From positions 24,180,001-24,244,000 of the forward strand of contig NC_087259.1 of NCBI RefSeq assembly GCF_037042905.1: DNA of 64,000 nt, written 5' to 3'. The notes beneath the pieces were generated by a model. The model was not told the DNA's origin, did no database searches, and worked only from the letters and a program-made list of their open reading frames with translations. The translations under genes and the position numbers were made by a program. This document shows, in pieces, positions 1-13,295 of this stretch. Origin of the DNA: Lytechinus pictus (lineage: Eukaryota). Within the stretch, counting starts at the first letter, position 1. The number at the start of each line of letters is the position of its first letter.

Positions 1-106
1 TAAAAGGGTGATGTAAAGGCATATCTAACAACATCTAATACATTTCCACCTACTGATACACTCAAAGAGTATTATACAGGATTGTAATGTTTTTATGTCA
101 CAACAC

Positions 107-247
107 AGGGGGCATTTCTTGAAATAAATTTTCAGTGAGTTTTACTGGCTATTGTTATGAGCTACTACATATCCTTGTTTCTGAAATTCTGATAATCAAA
201 ATAAGATTATGAAAATCTCAAAAAAAAAATTTCATGAAGTCCTCCCC
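107..247. mobile_element. ~140-bp MITE, GGGG(A)GCATTTCATGAAA-terminated family (PIF/Harbinger-like); related copies at ~1705-1830, ~11357-11455, ~20803-20939, ~50881-51020
   Basis: Degenerate terminal inverted repeats (GGGGGCATTTCTTGAAA ... TTTCATGAAGTCCTCCCC). A shared internal segment GTTATAAGCTACT...ATCCTTG.ATCTGATTGG recurs in the other copies in both orientations. Confidence 0.6.
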
Positions 248-409
248 AGAACTTTGATTTTGTCTCTGTATCATTGCTTCAAGAACATTTTATGCTTCAT
301 AAACCACAAAATTTATCCAGTGATTAACAATTGACTAGAATAATTATTATATAGACATTTTGTGCTTGAATGATCTGATATTTAATAGTGTGGAAAAGGT
401 TTTTTCAAA

Positions 410-1500
410 CTGTGACCACACTGCAGGACACTGTTACCACACTATTGGATACTATGAAAAAACACTGTCACCACACTATGGGACAGTGTGACCACAGTAA
501 GGGACACTGAAAAATACTATAGGACACTGTGACCACACTATGGGACACTGTGAACACACTGTGACCACACTATGGGACACTTTGAACACACTATCAGACA
601 CTGTGACCACACTATTGGATACTGTGAAAATACTATAGGACACTGACCACACTGCAGGACACTGAGACCACACTATTGGATACTGTGAAAACACTATGGG
701 TCACTGTGACTACACTATGGGACACTGAAAATACTTTAATAGGACACTGTGACCACACTATTGAACATTGAAAAATACTATGGGTCACTGTGACCACACT
801 AAAGGACACTGAAAAATACTATAGGATACTGTGACCACACTATGGGACACTGACCACACCATTGGATATTGTGAACACACTGTGACCACACTATTGGATA
901 CTGAAAAATGCTAAAGGACGCTGTGACCACACTATGGGACATTGAAAAATGCTATAGGACGCTGTGACCACACTATTGGACATTGAAAAATACTATGGGT
1001 CACTGTGACCGCACTAAGGGACACTGAAAAATACTATAGGACACTGTGACCACACTATGGGACACTGAAAAATACTATAGGACACTGTGACCACACTATG
1101 GGACATTGAAAAATACTATAGGACACTGTGACCACACTATTGGACATTGAAATATACTATAGGACACTGACCACACTATGGGACATTGCAAAATACTATA
1201 GGACACTGTGACCACACTATGGGACATTGAAAAACACTATAGGACACTTAAATCACTATGGGACACCGTTACTACACTATTGGATACTGTGAAAAACACT
1301 ATGAGACACTGAACACACTATGGGACACTGAAACACTATGGCCGGGACACTGACCACACAAAGGGAAACTTTGAAAAAACTATTGGACACTGACCTCACT
1401 GTGGGACACTGAAAACAATATGGGGCACTGTGACCACACTATAGGACAGTTCGACCACAGTATGGGACACTGACTACATTATGGGACAGTGTGAACAAAC
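410..1500. repeat. Minisatellite, ~41-bp unit built from two related ~20-bp subunits (GACACTGTGACCACACTATGGGACACTGAAAAATACTATAG)
   Basis: Tandem copies are directly visible, best conserved at ~900-1240 and degenerate at both edges. Confidence 0.95.
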
Positions 1501-2339
1501 TGTGGGGTACTGTTTTTTTTTCCAGCCGGGATATTGCTTGCCAGACCACAATGCTACCTGTACCTCCAAGCCATGGCACCACTGGTCAATGACAGTCTTT
1601 ATTATTTTATTCACAAAAATATATCTAAAAATAAATTGCACCTTTTTCAATCTAACCTAAACAATCTACAAAGTATTTTCGAAGACAACTACCAAACTTT
1701 ATGTGGGAGTGTTTCATGGAAGTTTTGATTGATGCTGACTTTGTTTGCTCTCAGCCAATCAAATGCAAGGATTTGCAGTAACTTATAACATTATCTAGAC
1801 TATTTGTCCATAGTTCATGAAATGCTCCCTCGGCTTGTCTCATAATCTACCTTTGTGTTGGTCCACTGATTTTTATATACTGTATATGGAAAACAGCATT
1901 GAGCCTGTTCATACTGCTTACCCATCCATTTCACATGTCCACTCTCTTGTGAATAAATGCTTCCATTGTGCCCCCCATGGCCCATCAGTTTATCTACCTG
2001 TGTTGTAATATATGGGGACATAGACAGCGACATGATCTGTTTGTCAAATTTTGTCATGACATATTTGTAATGTTGTTACTTCTGGATATGTAATCCCACC
2101 TACCCACTCGAATTACTCCAGTCTGCGTCAAAGCCATCCTTCAGCGGTGTCTTTCTCCGGCCCCTCGGTTCCCCCTCGCTCATCTTCCCACACCGTGAAT
2201 TCCAGGGAGCGTGAAACGCATCATGGCCTGAACGTCAGCCGCCATTTAGCCCCGTGTCAATCAGTGTCAGGGTTTGAATGCGAAATAGAAGCTTGGAGTG
2301 GCATCCGATTTGACTTTTCATCTCTCACGGATCAATGCT

Positions 2340-3065
2340 TCTGTCATTCCCATCTCTTCATTGCCCTGTCTTTCCATTGCCCTATCATTCATATCCTATC
2401 CCTCCACCCCCCTATCCCTTTATCATCTATCCCTCCCTTATTTGCCCCTTCATCACCTATCTCAACATTATCCTATCCTTCCATTGCCCTTTCTCCTTAT
2501 CCCTTCATCCATTCCTCCTTTGTCTATCCCTTCATTATCATTTCTTCATCAGTTCTGCCCCATATCACTTCATCACCTATCCCTCCTTTCTTTATTCCTT
2601 CATCACATATCCCTTCATTGCCCTATCCTTCATCATTTATCCCTCATTTGTTTATCCTTCCATGACATACCCTTCAATGTCCTATCATTTCACCACATAG
2701 TCCTATTTTATCTTTCCCTTCATTACCCATCTCTTCATTGCCCTGTCCTCCCATCGTATTCCTCCATCATGCTATCCCTCCTCTGTCTATTCCTTCATCG
2801 CCTATCACTCCATAGCCTAGCCCTTCAATGCCCCCATCACCCAATCCCTCTTTTGTCTATCCTTCATCACCTATCTCTCCATAACCTCGCCCTTTAACAC
2901 ATTATTCCTCCATCACCTATTCCTCCATCATCCCATCCTTCCTTCGTCCCTCCAAAACCAATTCCTCTTTATCTATTCCTTCATCACCTATCCTTACATA
3001 GCCTTGCCCTTCATCACCTATATCTTCATAGCCTACCCCCCCCCCCCCATCATCTTATCCCTGTA
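2340..3065. repeat. Pyrimidine-rich degenerate low-complexity repeat (CCTATCCCTTCATCA-like)
   Basis: Recurring CCTATC/CCTTCATCA motifs; explains the overlapping Ser/Pro/Leu/His-rich ORFs in all three frames. Confidence 0.85.
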
Positions 3066-4796
3066 TATTTTATTCCCTTCTTTCTAGTGGTAATTTACAA
3101 AAATGATGTGCAGATTCACAAAAGTTTTCTACATGTACATATGAAAGGATTTTTAAAATACATGATGTTCACTGTGAATATTCCTCTTCTCTGCCCCCCC
3201 CCCCTCCTTCCTTTCTTTTGTGGTCATTATACATGTACACATTTACAAATTTCAGAATATCCCCCAAATATTTTGTAACCATTATATTCAATCTCACCCA
3301 TGCCTATCCTTTAATCTTTTGAGGGTCTGGGGCTTTTTCATAAAACTGAATTTCACTTACAACTGATAATCTTTTCTTGTGATAAATGATATATCCATGT
3401 ATGTAGCATATTCAAATCATGCATAAATTTGCTCATAACTTTACAAACAGTTTTATGAAACAGCACCCAGGTTCCTTTCACTGTTTTATCTTCTATTCAT
3501 TTCACTTCCATACACATCCATCATTCCCCCTTTTCTTCATAGTGTAACCTCTGAAAATATGTCAGATATCTTGCGCTTGATCCCATTCCACAAGTTAGTG
3601 CTACACAAACTATGTATGTCACCCAAAAACTTATTTGAAAACCAATATCCTGGCATCTTTCACCAGAGTCTCCAAATGTCACATTCCTTAATATAGCTCT
3701 CCGCAAGTGTCTAAATGAAAATAAAAAACTATGTGGGGTCCATAATTGTATCTATTGACTTTCCTCTTACACTTCCTCTTGTTGGGGTTCAGGTCGTGAT
3801 CGAGGTTTAAGGTTGAATGAGGGGATTTTAGTCATTTCTTTTGTTGTTGTTGTTGATGCTAATGTTCATCTCATCATTTTGCTACCAGTCTGTCTTGTAA
3901 AAATTTCCCATTTTATAACCCAATTGTGGCATTCATTCCACATACTGCGGGTAATTAATTTCAATATTGAATGTTTTTAACAATTTGCAGTATATGAGTA
4001 GAAGGGGTTGGAGTATTTATGAATCTCTTCTTATCTTTTCCTCATATTGTACTTTGTGTGAGAGATTTTTGAAAATGCTTTATGAATATGCTTTAATATC
4101 TGAGCATTTGCATACCAGTAAATTGGCAAATTCAAAATCACAATGTTTTCATTGAAATTCTCATCTGTCGCAAATTTTTTTCAAAAAATATAAACCATGA
4201 AATCACTTTTTTTTTTCATTGAAATTCTGTCACATTCATCCTTTTCAGGGAGTTTTGATGATGTTCTTTTTAGGATCTGCATTCAATTTAGTAATGCAGG
4301 GTTAGAAATGCAGCAAAATGATAATTTGAAGAATATCATGCAGTCGATTAAGTTCAAAATAAAGCTTAACTGAGGGAATTACGCATTTAGTGAAGGCAAT
4401 GCTCTGTCTTACTTTATTAACCATTGCAGGGGATAATTGGTAGATTTTGGAATCCTCCATGATATTCTCCAGTTGTGCATCCCCCGAATGTGAGGAACAT
4501 GCATCTAATAATTTAACCATTGCTTTATTTGAAAATAATGCCCCCTTACCCCCTAAAAAAATAAAAAATAAATTGATGATAAAAATAAAATATGGGAATT
4601 CTCAATTTCAACTGCACTCATTTATGGAGAATGTTTCTATAAAGGTTTAGGTAATATTTATTTTATTTCATATCCACACTATATACATTGGACTGATTAT
4701 TATATGATAAAATCTCTTGGCTATATTTATTAAATCATTTCAGTTGAGCTTTGAAATTACAAATATTTTGTTGTTGTTTTTACCTACCGTATGCAG

Positions 4797-5185
4797 GCTC
4801 AGAGTTTGACCCTCTAAAGCTACGCCTGCCGACCGATGCACTTCTAGTGGTGGTCAACCGTCTCCCTCAAGCCGCATCCACCCTGGAGCTACTCAGTATC
4901 CATGGCAACAGCTCCACCTTCTCCGACACCTCCACCACCTCCTCGACAGACGGTCCTGGCCGTCCGACCGACCTGGTGCGCCTGGCTAGCAGACAGCTCC
5001 TGACCCACCTCAGGTCACTACAAGATTACATACGCAACACCGTTAGGAGGTCACGAATCCCTGCGGAGTCAGAGACGGGGGTGAAGCGCAGCAAGCACGT
5101 CAGGTTTGCTGAGCATCTCAATAAGAAGGCATTCATCTACAGGTATTCATCGATGTCCTCCGACACCGATTCTAGCGGGACGTGA
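4797..5185 (+). CDS. Terminal coding exon of an unidentified protein (...GSEFDPLKLRLPTDALLVVVNRLP...KRSKHVRFAEHLNKKAFIYRYSSMSSDTDSSGT*)
   Basis: Polypyrimidine tract plus CAG acceptor (tttacctaccgtatgcag|G) at 4796/4797, phase 1. GC-rich open frame to TGA at 5183-5185 in an AT-rich background. AATAAA signals at ~6928-6946. Upstream exons not found in the window. Confidence 0.75.
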
Positions 5186-5579
5186 AATGCCATAAGCCTT
5201 CTTTCAAAATAATGCAACATGGTCAAACCCTTCTAAATGGCCACTTAACATAGCGATTATATAATTTATATTCCTCTTTCTTATCCCAAACATTTTGCCC
5301 CTGAAAACTTTCATCATTAAGTTCTTGTTCATTTATATATTAGAAAAATTGCCAATACTAGTAGTCCTCAACATTTATCAAGTCAAATATGAAAAAAGGC
5401 TTTATTGGCTCATGAGAAAGATCTCGTTCCTGAGGCATTGCATAAAATTAGTTAAAAACAAGAAATTCTAGAAAATCAGCAAGATTTTACATCTAGTTCT
5501 ACATTTGAATTTTTACTTCATATACATGTATGTACTGGGATCCACAATTTTCAAACCACAGAATGTTTCACTGACTATT

Positions 5580-6310
5580 TGATCGTTAGACATAGTGATA
5601 ATTAGCCCTAAGTTGGTATTAGACCAAGTTTTACTTCGACCTAATGGTAGTTTAACCAAGTGGATTCAGACAGAATGCGATGTAAAGCTAGATGATCTGG
5701 AAAGTAGACCAGTTGGTATTAGACCAAGTGTTATTTGGTCCAAATGCCAATTAGACCAATTTGTTTGTAGTCATAAATGCAATGTATTCAGGAAAGTAGA
5801 CCTAATGGTATTATACCAAGTGTTAAATGGTCCAAATGGGTTTAGACCTAATGCAATATGAGGCTAGATTATCTGGATGATAGACCAATTAGTATTAGAC
5901 CTAGTGATAATTGGACCAAATGGTCATTAGACCAAGTTGATTTGGAGATGCAGTGGGTTTAGTCACGATGCAGAGACATGTACATGTAATACATAGTATG
6001 GATTAGACCAATTGGTAATATACCAAGTGATGATATCGACTGCAATTAGACCGAATGAGTTGAGACTAGTTGTAACTGGACCAGAAGGAAATAAGACCAA
6101 ATAGACAGTAGATCAAATGGGTTTTTCATAATACATTGTGGTATCATATGATTTGTAGATTAAACCAACTGATATGAGATTATTGAATGATTGCACCCAA
6201 TAGCAACATGACAAAGTTGATTGTATGCCAACTGGGTTAAAGACATATTATATAGTGGTCTTAGGTGCTTTGAGAATTAAGGTACATGTAACTGGTATTA
6301 TACCAAGTAG
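5580..6310. repeat. Degenerate ~15-16-bp periodic repeat with TAGACCAA core, probably within the 3' UTR of the + strand gene
   Basis: AGACC/GACCAA motif recurs at ~16-nt spacing; related arrays at ~40110-40650 (reverse orientation) and ~42880-43560. Confidence 0.75.
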
Positions 6311-9300
6311 CTATAGTCCCACAATATCAACACTGCCATGCCATGCAAAATGATTCACAAAACCTTTACAACAAAAATTGGAGTAACCATTTCTTAAATA
6401 TACAGTAATGAACAAAAAAATTTAGTCAAAGGGTTATGGTCAGGGGGGCTCTGGTAATTGCCTTCATGTATTTAGTAAATATAGGCTTATTATATGTTAA
6501 TTTTATTGAAATATCACTGCTTGTTGCCCAAAATTAATCAGAATGTTTATGTATAAAGCATTGTGGAAACGACTAAACAAATAGCATAGCATAGAAGTCT
6601 CATAAATGTTTCACATCCTAGAAGTGCCAGATATATTTTCAGGGGGAGGGACTATTTGATGGTGTAAAAAGTGTACATATTGTCAACATTTTATTTCTGC
6701 AGTATAGTATACCTCTCAACAGACATTTTTTAGTACATACATATGTATATATACTTGACCAGTTTAACAGTATTGGATGTAGAATACATGTATTTCTATT
6801 TTCAATGACTGATGTTATTTAATCTTAATTGGCAATTAATTTGTGAATAATGTGTAGAAATCTTGTACAAATTGATAGATAAAGAAATTTTGACAAGCTA
6901 GGGTTTGCCTGAAATCACACTGCTGTAAATAAAAAAAAATTAATAAATCATATAAACGTGTGTATGTTTATGTAAGTAAATAATTGCAATTCAGTAATCA
7001 TTTTATAGAATTTGTACGACTGCGCAAACAGGTATTTGCAATGGATGGATATACTTCAAGTTGTAACATAGGTGTGTACATATGTAGTTGCAAATACTAA
7101 AAAAGATTATGCTCACTTATAATTGACGATTCATGGTTCAAAGGACATTTACGTGTACAGTGTATGCTCAAAAGATTGAGAGAGAAACAGAGAACATTCT
7201 TGGCATCACAATACTTTTTAATCTTAATTTGAAATGGAACAATAAAAGGGAACAATAATCAAACGGAAAAATATCTGAGAGCCTACAGTGTTTTTCAAGG
7301 GAATTTTAATGAATTTACGAAACCAAAATTGTTATCTGTTGCTAAAGTGTTCCTGCCTAGGTGAGAAAAATATGTAAAGTATTGATCAGTAGGAGTGTGT
7401 ACAATGTACCCTCAAGTTAGAATGGGACTATACTTGAAACTAGATTACTAGATATTATTATAGAAGTCATTACACTCCCCCCCCCCCATTCCGAAGTCCT
7501 CTCCCTCTCTGTATCTCTCTCTCTCTCTCAACACAAACCCCCCCCCCCTTCTGTCAGTTCATTGCATATAAATGAATGAGAAGGATTAGGCCCAAAAGAT
7601 GAAATTGCTATCCTTCAATTAAATGGGCCTAGCTCCCAGCTGAGCCTTCCTAATGAGGTTTACTGAAAGATGCCGGCTGAAGCGATTAGCGGCCGGCCGG
7701 CCACCGTGCATGCCGAACATGACCTATAAAGTTATGCCCAGACCAAGGCTGAAACTCTGACCACACTGTCATTGCCATGGTAAAACCATTCCAGATATGG
7801 TATGTGGATCTCTGCATCTGAAAATGGCGGATCAGCTATTTTTAGGAGCCGACTGTCCTTTGGTTGTGTGCCGTAATTAGGGGAAGTGGGTGTGAAAAGA
7901 TGTCTTCTGAGTTTTGTGATGACAGGTACTTGATAATGATAACGGCAATTATAAAGAAATTATTGTGAACTCAATGTAATTAGAGGTATCATGAAATTCA
8001 TACAGAACATGATGACCTTTGAACTTTAATTTGGTTGTTGCTACAGCGGTGATAACAAGTTAGCGAACCCCTCCACAAAATGCACTCCTCCATGCTGAGT
8101 GTTGAATGTAGACAACAACACTACAAAATTTATTGAATGTAATATTTTATCACCTGACTTCACAATTGAAGATCTATAAACATGGCATAATTTGAACACT
8201 TTTTAGCACCACTGTATTAGCCTTCACCAGACGGGGCTAATATTGAATCAATATCTCAGGAAACTAGAAAATATAAAAAGTGTCCATTCCTAAGTAAAGT
8301 TTAATGGCAATCAGAGCATCAAAATAAAAGGGAAATAGCAGTGAGCTTAATAAAATGTTTACGTTTTTTAGACACGATATTGATGGGAATAGAATCTATG
8401 GTGTTGGAAGTGATTTAGCATATGGCAATTACAGATAAAAGAGACATGAAGAAGTTAAGGAGTTTGTGCCATTTCAGCAATTGATAGAGGCCAACATGCC
8501 AGGTCAAGATTTAAAAGTTCATTTCTGTAGACTTTTGACATAAAAGTCTGTTGATAGATGTACATAGGTTTCTTGTAAATACCACTGTGCGAGAATAAGT
8601 ACGTGTGTGTCACTCTATTGTGAACTGCATGCAATCTGAATCATGATGTCAATGTATAATTCGGTATGAGGGATGAGCGCTAGAGCAAACTAGCCCATAA
8701 TAAATGGATTGAAGCTTAGCCAAGCCTATTGTGGAGTATTTGTCAGTGTCTCTACGGAATGCCTGTATGATGGATAGCGAAACCCCCCACTCGTCTTCTT
8801 GATTGCCCCACAAGTCTTTAAGTCCTAGATTAGAATAGGTTGTAAACAGATTATTGGTAGGGGTGACTCCCGGCCCATTTTGCAATCCAGCAGGTTTTTT
8901 TTGTCAGAGGAGGCAGGCGGGCGCAAGAGGATCAGGGAGTTGGTCCAACGCTTCCCCCCATGAAAACCTTGGGGGAGTGGCCCTCTGGAAAGGGTGCGTT
9001 ATTCTCCAAGGCTAATTTGTCGGGATCACTTCGTCCAAAACACTGAGCACCTTAATTTAATTTCCTGGGCTGCGAATCCATTGTGCGAGTTGGCAGTTGG
9101 CAGTCGGTGCGAGCGTTCCATGCCATCTCCAATAGTGAGGGTGATACATCATCGTCAGCAACATGCGGGTATGGAGGAACAGAGAGTTGAAGGTAGAAAA
9201 GGAGAGACGTGGGTCCCACCCCGAACCGACCCGCTTGCATTACCGCCACCACTCTTGACGTCTTGTGAATTGGGATCAGCGTAACCCCAGGAGTGGGGTG

Positions 9301-12300
9301 AGCACCATCGGCATCCTGGGATTGGGATTGGGTTCTCGCTCGGTGCTGACAGCGGGGGTCTAAGTCTTCGAGCCAGAATAGAGGTCAGGTGACAGTCAGG
9401 AACCAATGAGTGATGGGGATTAACCCCGAGGTCAACCCTCTTCTAAACCAGAACCTAGAGAAGTTCCCCTGGTCTTGGGTTGCTTTAAGACTCATTGTCA
9501 TCCAACCGTGACTTATCGCTGGAAGCCTGAGCTGACATCCTTTATACCCTTACAGTGCTAGTTTGTTTTGCGCGGGATTGCAGCCCACAAACACACGTCA
9601 CATCGGGGAGATCCACCGGGGAATGATACGTGCGCAATCAAATCGCAGGATTACGTGCCCACTCCAGCACCTCATCCCCGGCTCAAACTGGAAGATACGA
9701 CCCTAAGACTGAATTAACATGCCAACATTTTTTTCCCTCTCTATCTCATCCTCCCTTCCTCTCCCTTGCATCCCTCTCTATCCACAAAAGTCACATGATA
9801 GAGGCTGTGTCGCATCCCTGTGGTGGAAACGACTCTTTTTTCAGCTACCACTACCTTCATACTCCCTTGCGGGTCTTGGATGAGACTCTGCGGCGCCAGC
9901 GCTAATGACTTTCCCCCCTTCTGTACCCCTAGTTTGGGGTTTTCACTGGTATCTATGGTTCATGGTTCCCTATAGTAACAAAAAATATATAAAATAAAGG
10001 AAAAAAGGAGAATGGATGGTGTCTAGTAACATTGATCAGTGATCAGGTAATGAATCATAATATTAAAGATTTGTAGCATTCCTTGACTTTGTCAATTCAT
10101 TTGAATATAATATTCAATTCGAATTTGTTCAGAAATATCATACAAATCATTATATAATTTGAATTGGTAATATGATTGAGATAACATGAAATACATGTAC
10201 AGAATTTTTTTTTTATTCAATTTTATTTTGAAATGATGATACTAAAATTATGAAAAGAGTAAATGTAAAAAATAAGTCATAGACCCACTTCAAAGTTGAA
10301 TTAATTGAGATAATAAGAGTGCATAATTCATTTACACTTATCCGAATTGAAATAACAAATTATATAGATGTAATGTCACTCCTCTCAATGTAGCGCTCAT
10401 GGTGTGTAAATTGATTCTTCAAATCTCTAGATTTGGGCAAGTTTTGATTCTACATGTTTTGTGCACAATCTTTATTGTGCATATTTGAGCTGTCATGCAT
10501 CACCTGAAAATTAGGGGGAAAAATTCAATTCATTTTATTTAACTTCAAAAATACAAACAGACCCAGCTATGATATTAATGATCAAAGTTAATCGATTACT
10601 TAGAATTGATTTTGAAAGTTATATGATTAAATGACAATATGATTACAATTGAGAGAAACATATTATAAGCTGTTGTAGTGTTGGTTGGAAGAGCATTGGG
10701 GTCAAGATACAATAAAAGTTTGTAAAAAAGGTAAAAATGCAGCCCAACAGATGGAGAATACATATAGGCCTACAGAGTACAAGTGTCAGCTAATTGCATT
10801 AGTGTGTTAAAGGCTCATATACGCTACATCTACATAATATATTGATGTATTTATATATTCTGTGTATTAGTTGTCATTACTTAAATACTGTCATTTGAAG
10901 ATTGATTTGGGGATGAGAGAGATTGGTTGACAAACTTCTAAAAAATTGTTAAGCTTTTTGATCCATGACATACAATATGAATTGATAGTTTTTAATCTTT
11001 GATGATGATTGAAATAAATTAATCTTGAATTCCTAGTGTGCTTATTCAGCAGATTCAGAGGGCTACACAAAATTCAAATTATGGGTTGAAAGTTAGTGAA
11101 TATGTTAGAAAAGAACAGTTTTCCGATTCTGAAATGCATTGATAGAGTGAAAGTTTAAAGAAATATCATATTGCTTCACAAATGCTTACATGTATCTTTA
11201 TTTTAAATGGTTATTTGTGATTTATGCCATTAGAAAATGTATAATATCAAAATTTCATTCATGGCATAGGTATTATGTACGTTATACATTCGTACATTAT
11301 TCGCTATCTGAACGCAAAAGGGATGTAAAGTCGAAACATTCATGGTAATACTACCTGGGGAGCCTTTCCTAAGAGTTATTTTCACTGACTATATGTTATA
11401 AGCTACTAAAATACTTGCATCTGATTGGATCAGAAGGAAGATGCTTCATGAAAAACTATCTTGGTATTGTTATTCCCTTGGATAATAAAGATACAATATA
11501 AAAAAAAAGTGTACAATGCAAAAAATCTTTATAAGATGAGATGGACTAATAGTAATAATAATAATAAACAGTTCTTGTATAGCGCATATCACAATTATGA
11601 ATAATGTCTCTATGCGCTTCCAAAGGACTTGGATATTCTGTAGCTGGGGTAGCTAATAGGCTCTTTGTAAATGATGAGTCAAGTTTCTCATGCAATAAAC
11701 TTGCAATCAATGGCAATTATGGCATATCACTTTTAGGCCCCCCAATCAATCTTAAATCATTCAATTTAATATGCACATATTTTGCTTGTCTACTTCTTGC
11801 AACAAAAAGATTATTGATTTGCTAGAGTTAATATTGACCCATTTACTGAACATTTGAAATTGAATTTGCAATCAATTGCTGATAATTTTTTTCTTGTAAA
11901 CTCTCCTAGGGTATTCATACCACTGCCCATCTTTAAACTTTCATGGCTGTAATGCAATTAGGTGACACTTGTACTTTGTATCTTTGAACCATCGTCCTGT
12001 TGCCTTGAATTTTCACCCCCTTTTTATAATTCTCTTTCATTGAATCTTGACCTTATACCAATCAATCTGTTTCCATTACAACCGCGCATTTCTACCATTC
12101 ATCCACTAATTTTTCACCCATCTACAGTCAATTAGTTTCATTTTGGTTTTTTTTTTTAGACAGTCGTTCACCTCTATTTCCCCACCTGGAAGACAAGGTC
12201 AGGGTAGATGTAGTCTAGTTCTAGACGATATTAAACGAATTTATTTGCACCGATATATACGTTCTATTCCGTGCGTACGCCCAGCCGAGTGTGCGCGCAA

Positions 12301-12889
12301 AACCGAGAACCTGTACTCCGAGGAAATATCGTCTAGATCAGTTGCTCAGCGGTGACGTCACTCCCTCAGATTTTTGAGGGAAAGTCGTTAAAAGTGGACA
12401 CGCCTCCCGTTCAGCTGTTAGTCTTTGTTAACAGCAGGGAAGATTACTGGGTTGAGAAATATGGTGTGATCTACCGATAAAATGAATATTAATTACCTAA
12501 GAAAGGACTTTTCGTTGTAAATAATTATAAAAGAAATCAAATTAAACACACAAAAACATCATAAATGAATCGCATCGTGTATGTTTCCCCTGATACCTAC
12601 AATAAGGTTTTTGAGCGTAGACTATCGTATATGGATTACATAATCAATCGGATCGCACAAAGCAGCACAACATAAGCCATAGACTTGTGTACTGTACCGT
12701 CTGCCGTGCTGTTGTATTAGGGAGACTCCCAACTCCCTGGTTGTATTGTGTAGGCCTATACATAATTATACAGCGCGCGGTTTCCAAATTTAGTTTCTTG
12801 CGTGTTTACCAAATCAGACAAGTCTTGATCACTTATCTTCGTTTTTTTTCATATATGGTGTGATGGTGACGGGAAATTAACGTCATTCT

Positions 12890-13035
12890 ATCAGAGATTC
12901 CATCCTGCATATTTCCAAACAGTTGGGAACAACGACTTTGAAGATCCTACAGAACAAAGCTAGCTCTCGAAAGTTTCCTCCGAGGCCACGATGTCTTCTT
13001 GAATATATCTACTGGGTATATATGGAAAGAGGGTA
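12890..13035 (+). pseudogene. Frameshifted RecQ-like superfamily 2 helicase fragment (motif 0 / Walker A region)
   Basis: Joining frames gives SKQLGTTTLK..EQ.LALESFLRGHDVFLNISTGY[+2 nt]GK, matching the RecQ pattern EQxxAlxxxLxGxDVFxxxPTGxGKS. Confidence 0.7.
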
Positions 13036-13295
13036 GCGACTTTATATCCTTCAAAATTGACACTCCCCTTGATTTGGGTTAATTATGTAATTTCTTCATG
13101 ATGCCAGTTTAATTGAAGTCACGTGGCCCCAAGTTTCATAAATGGAGTCACTTAAAAAGCAAGAAATTCTATATTTCCACATGTAAAATGACAATGACAA
13201 TTTTACACATTTCCTCATAAACTTGTTCCACAGAGTTGCTTCTTTTGTTCGCATGACAGTAATATATAGCAGGAAAATAATGGCAAAGTCATTAA

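Noticed and set aside
2147-2897. Long overlapping ORFs of 121-199 aa
   Set aside because: Produced by a pyrimidine-rich low-complexity repeat lacking stop codons
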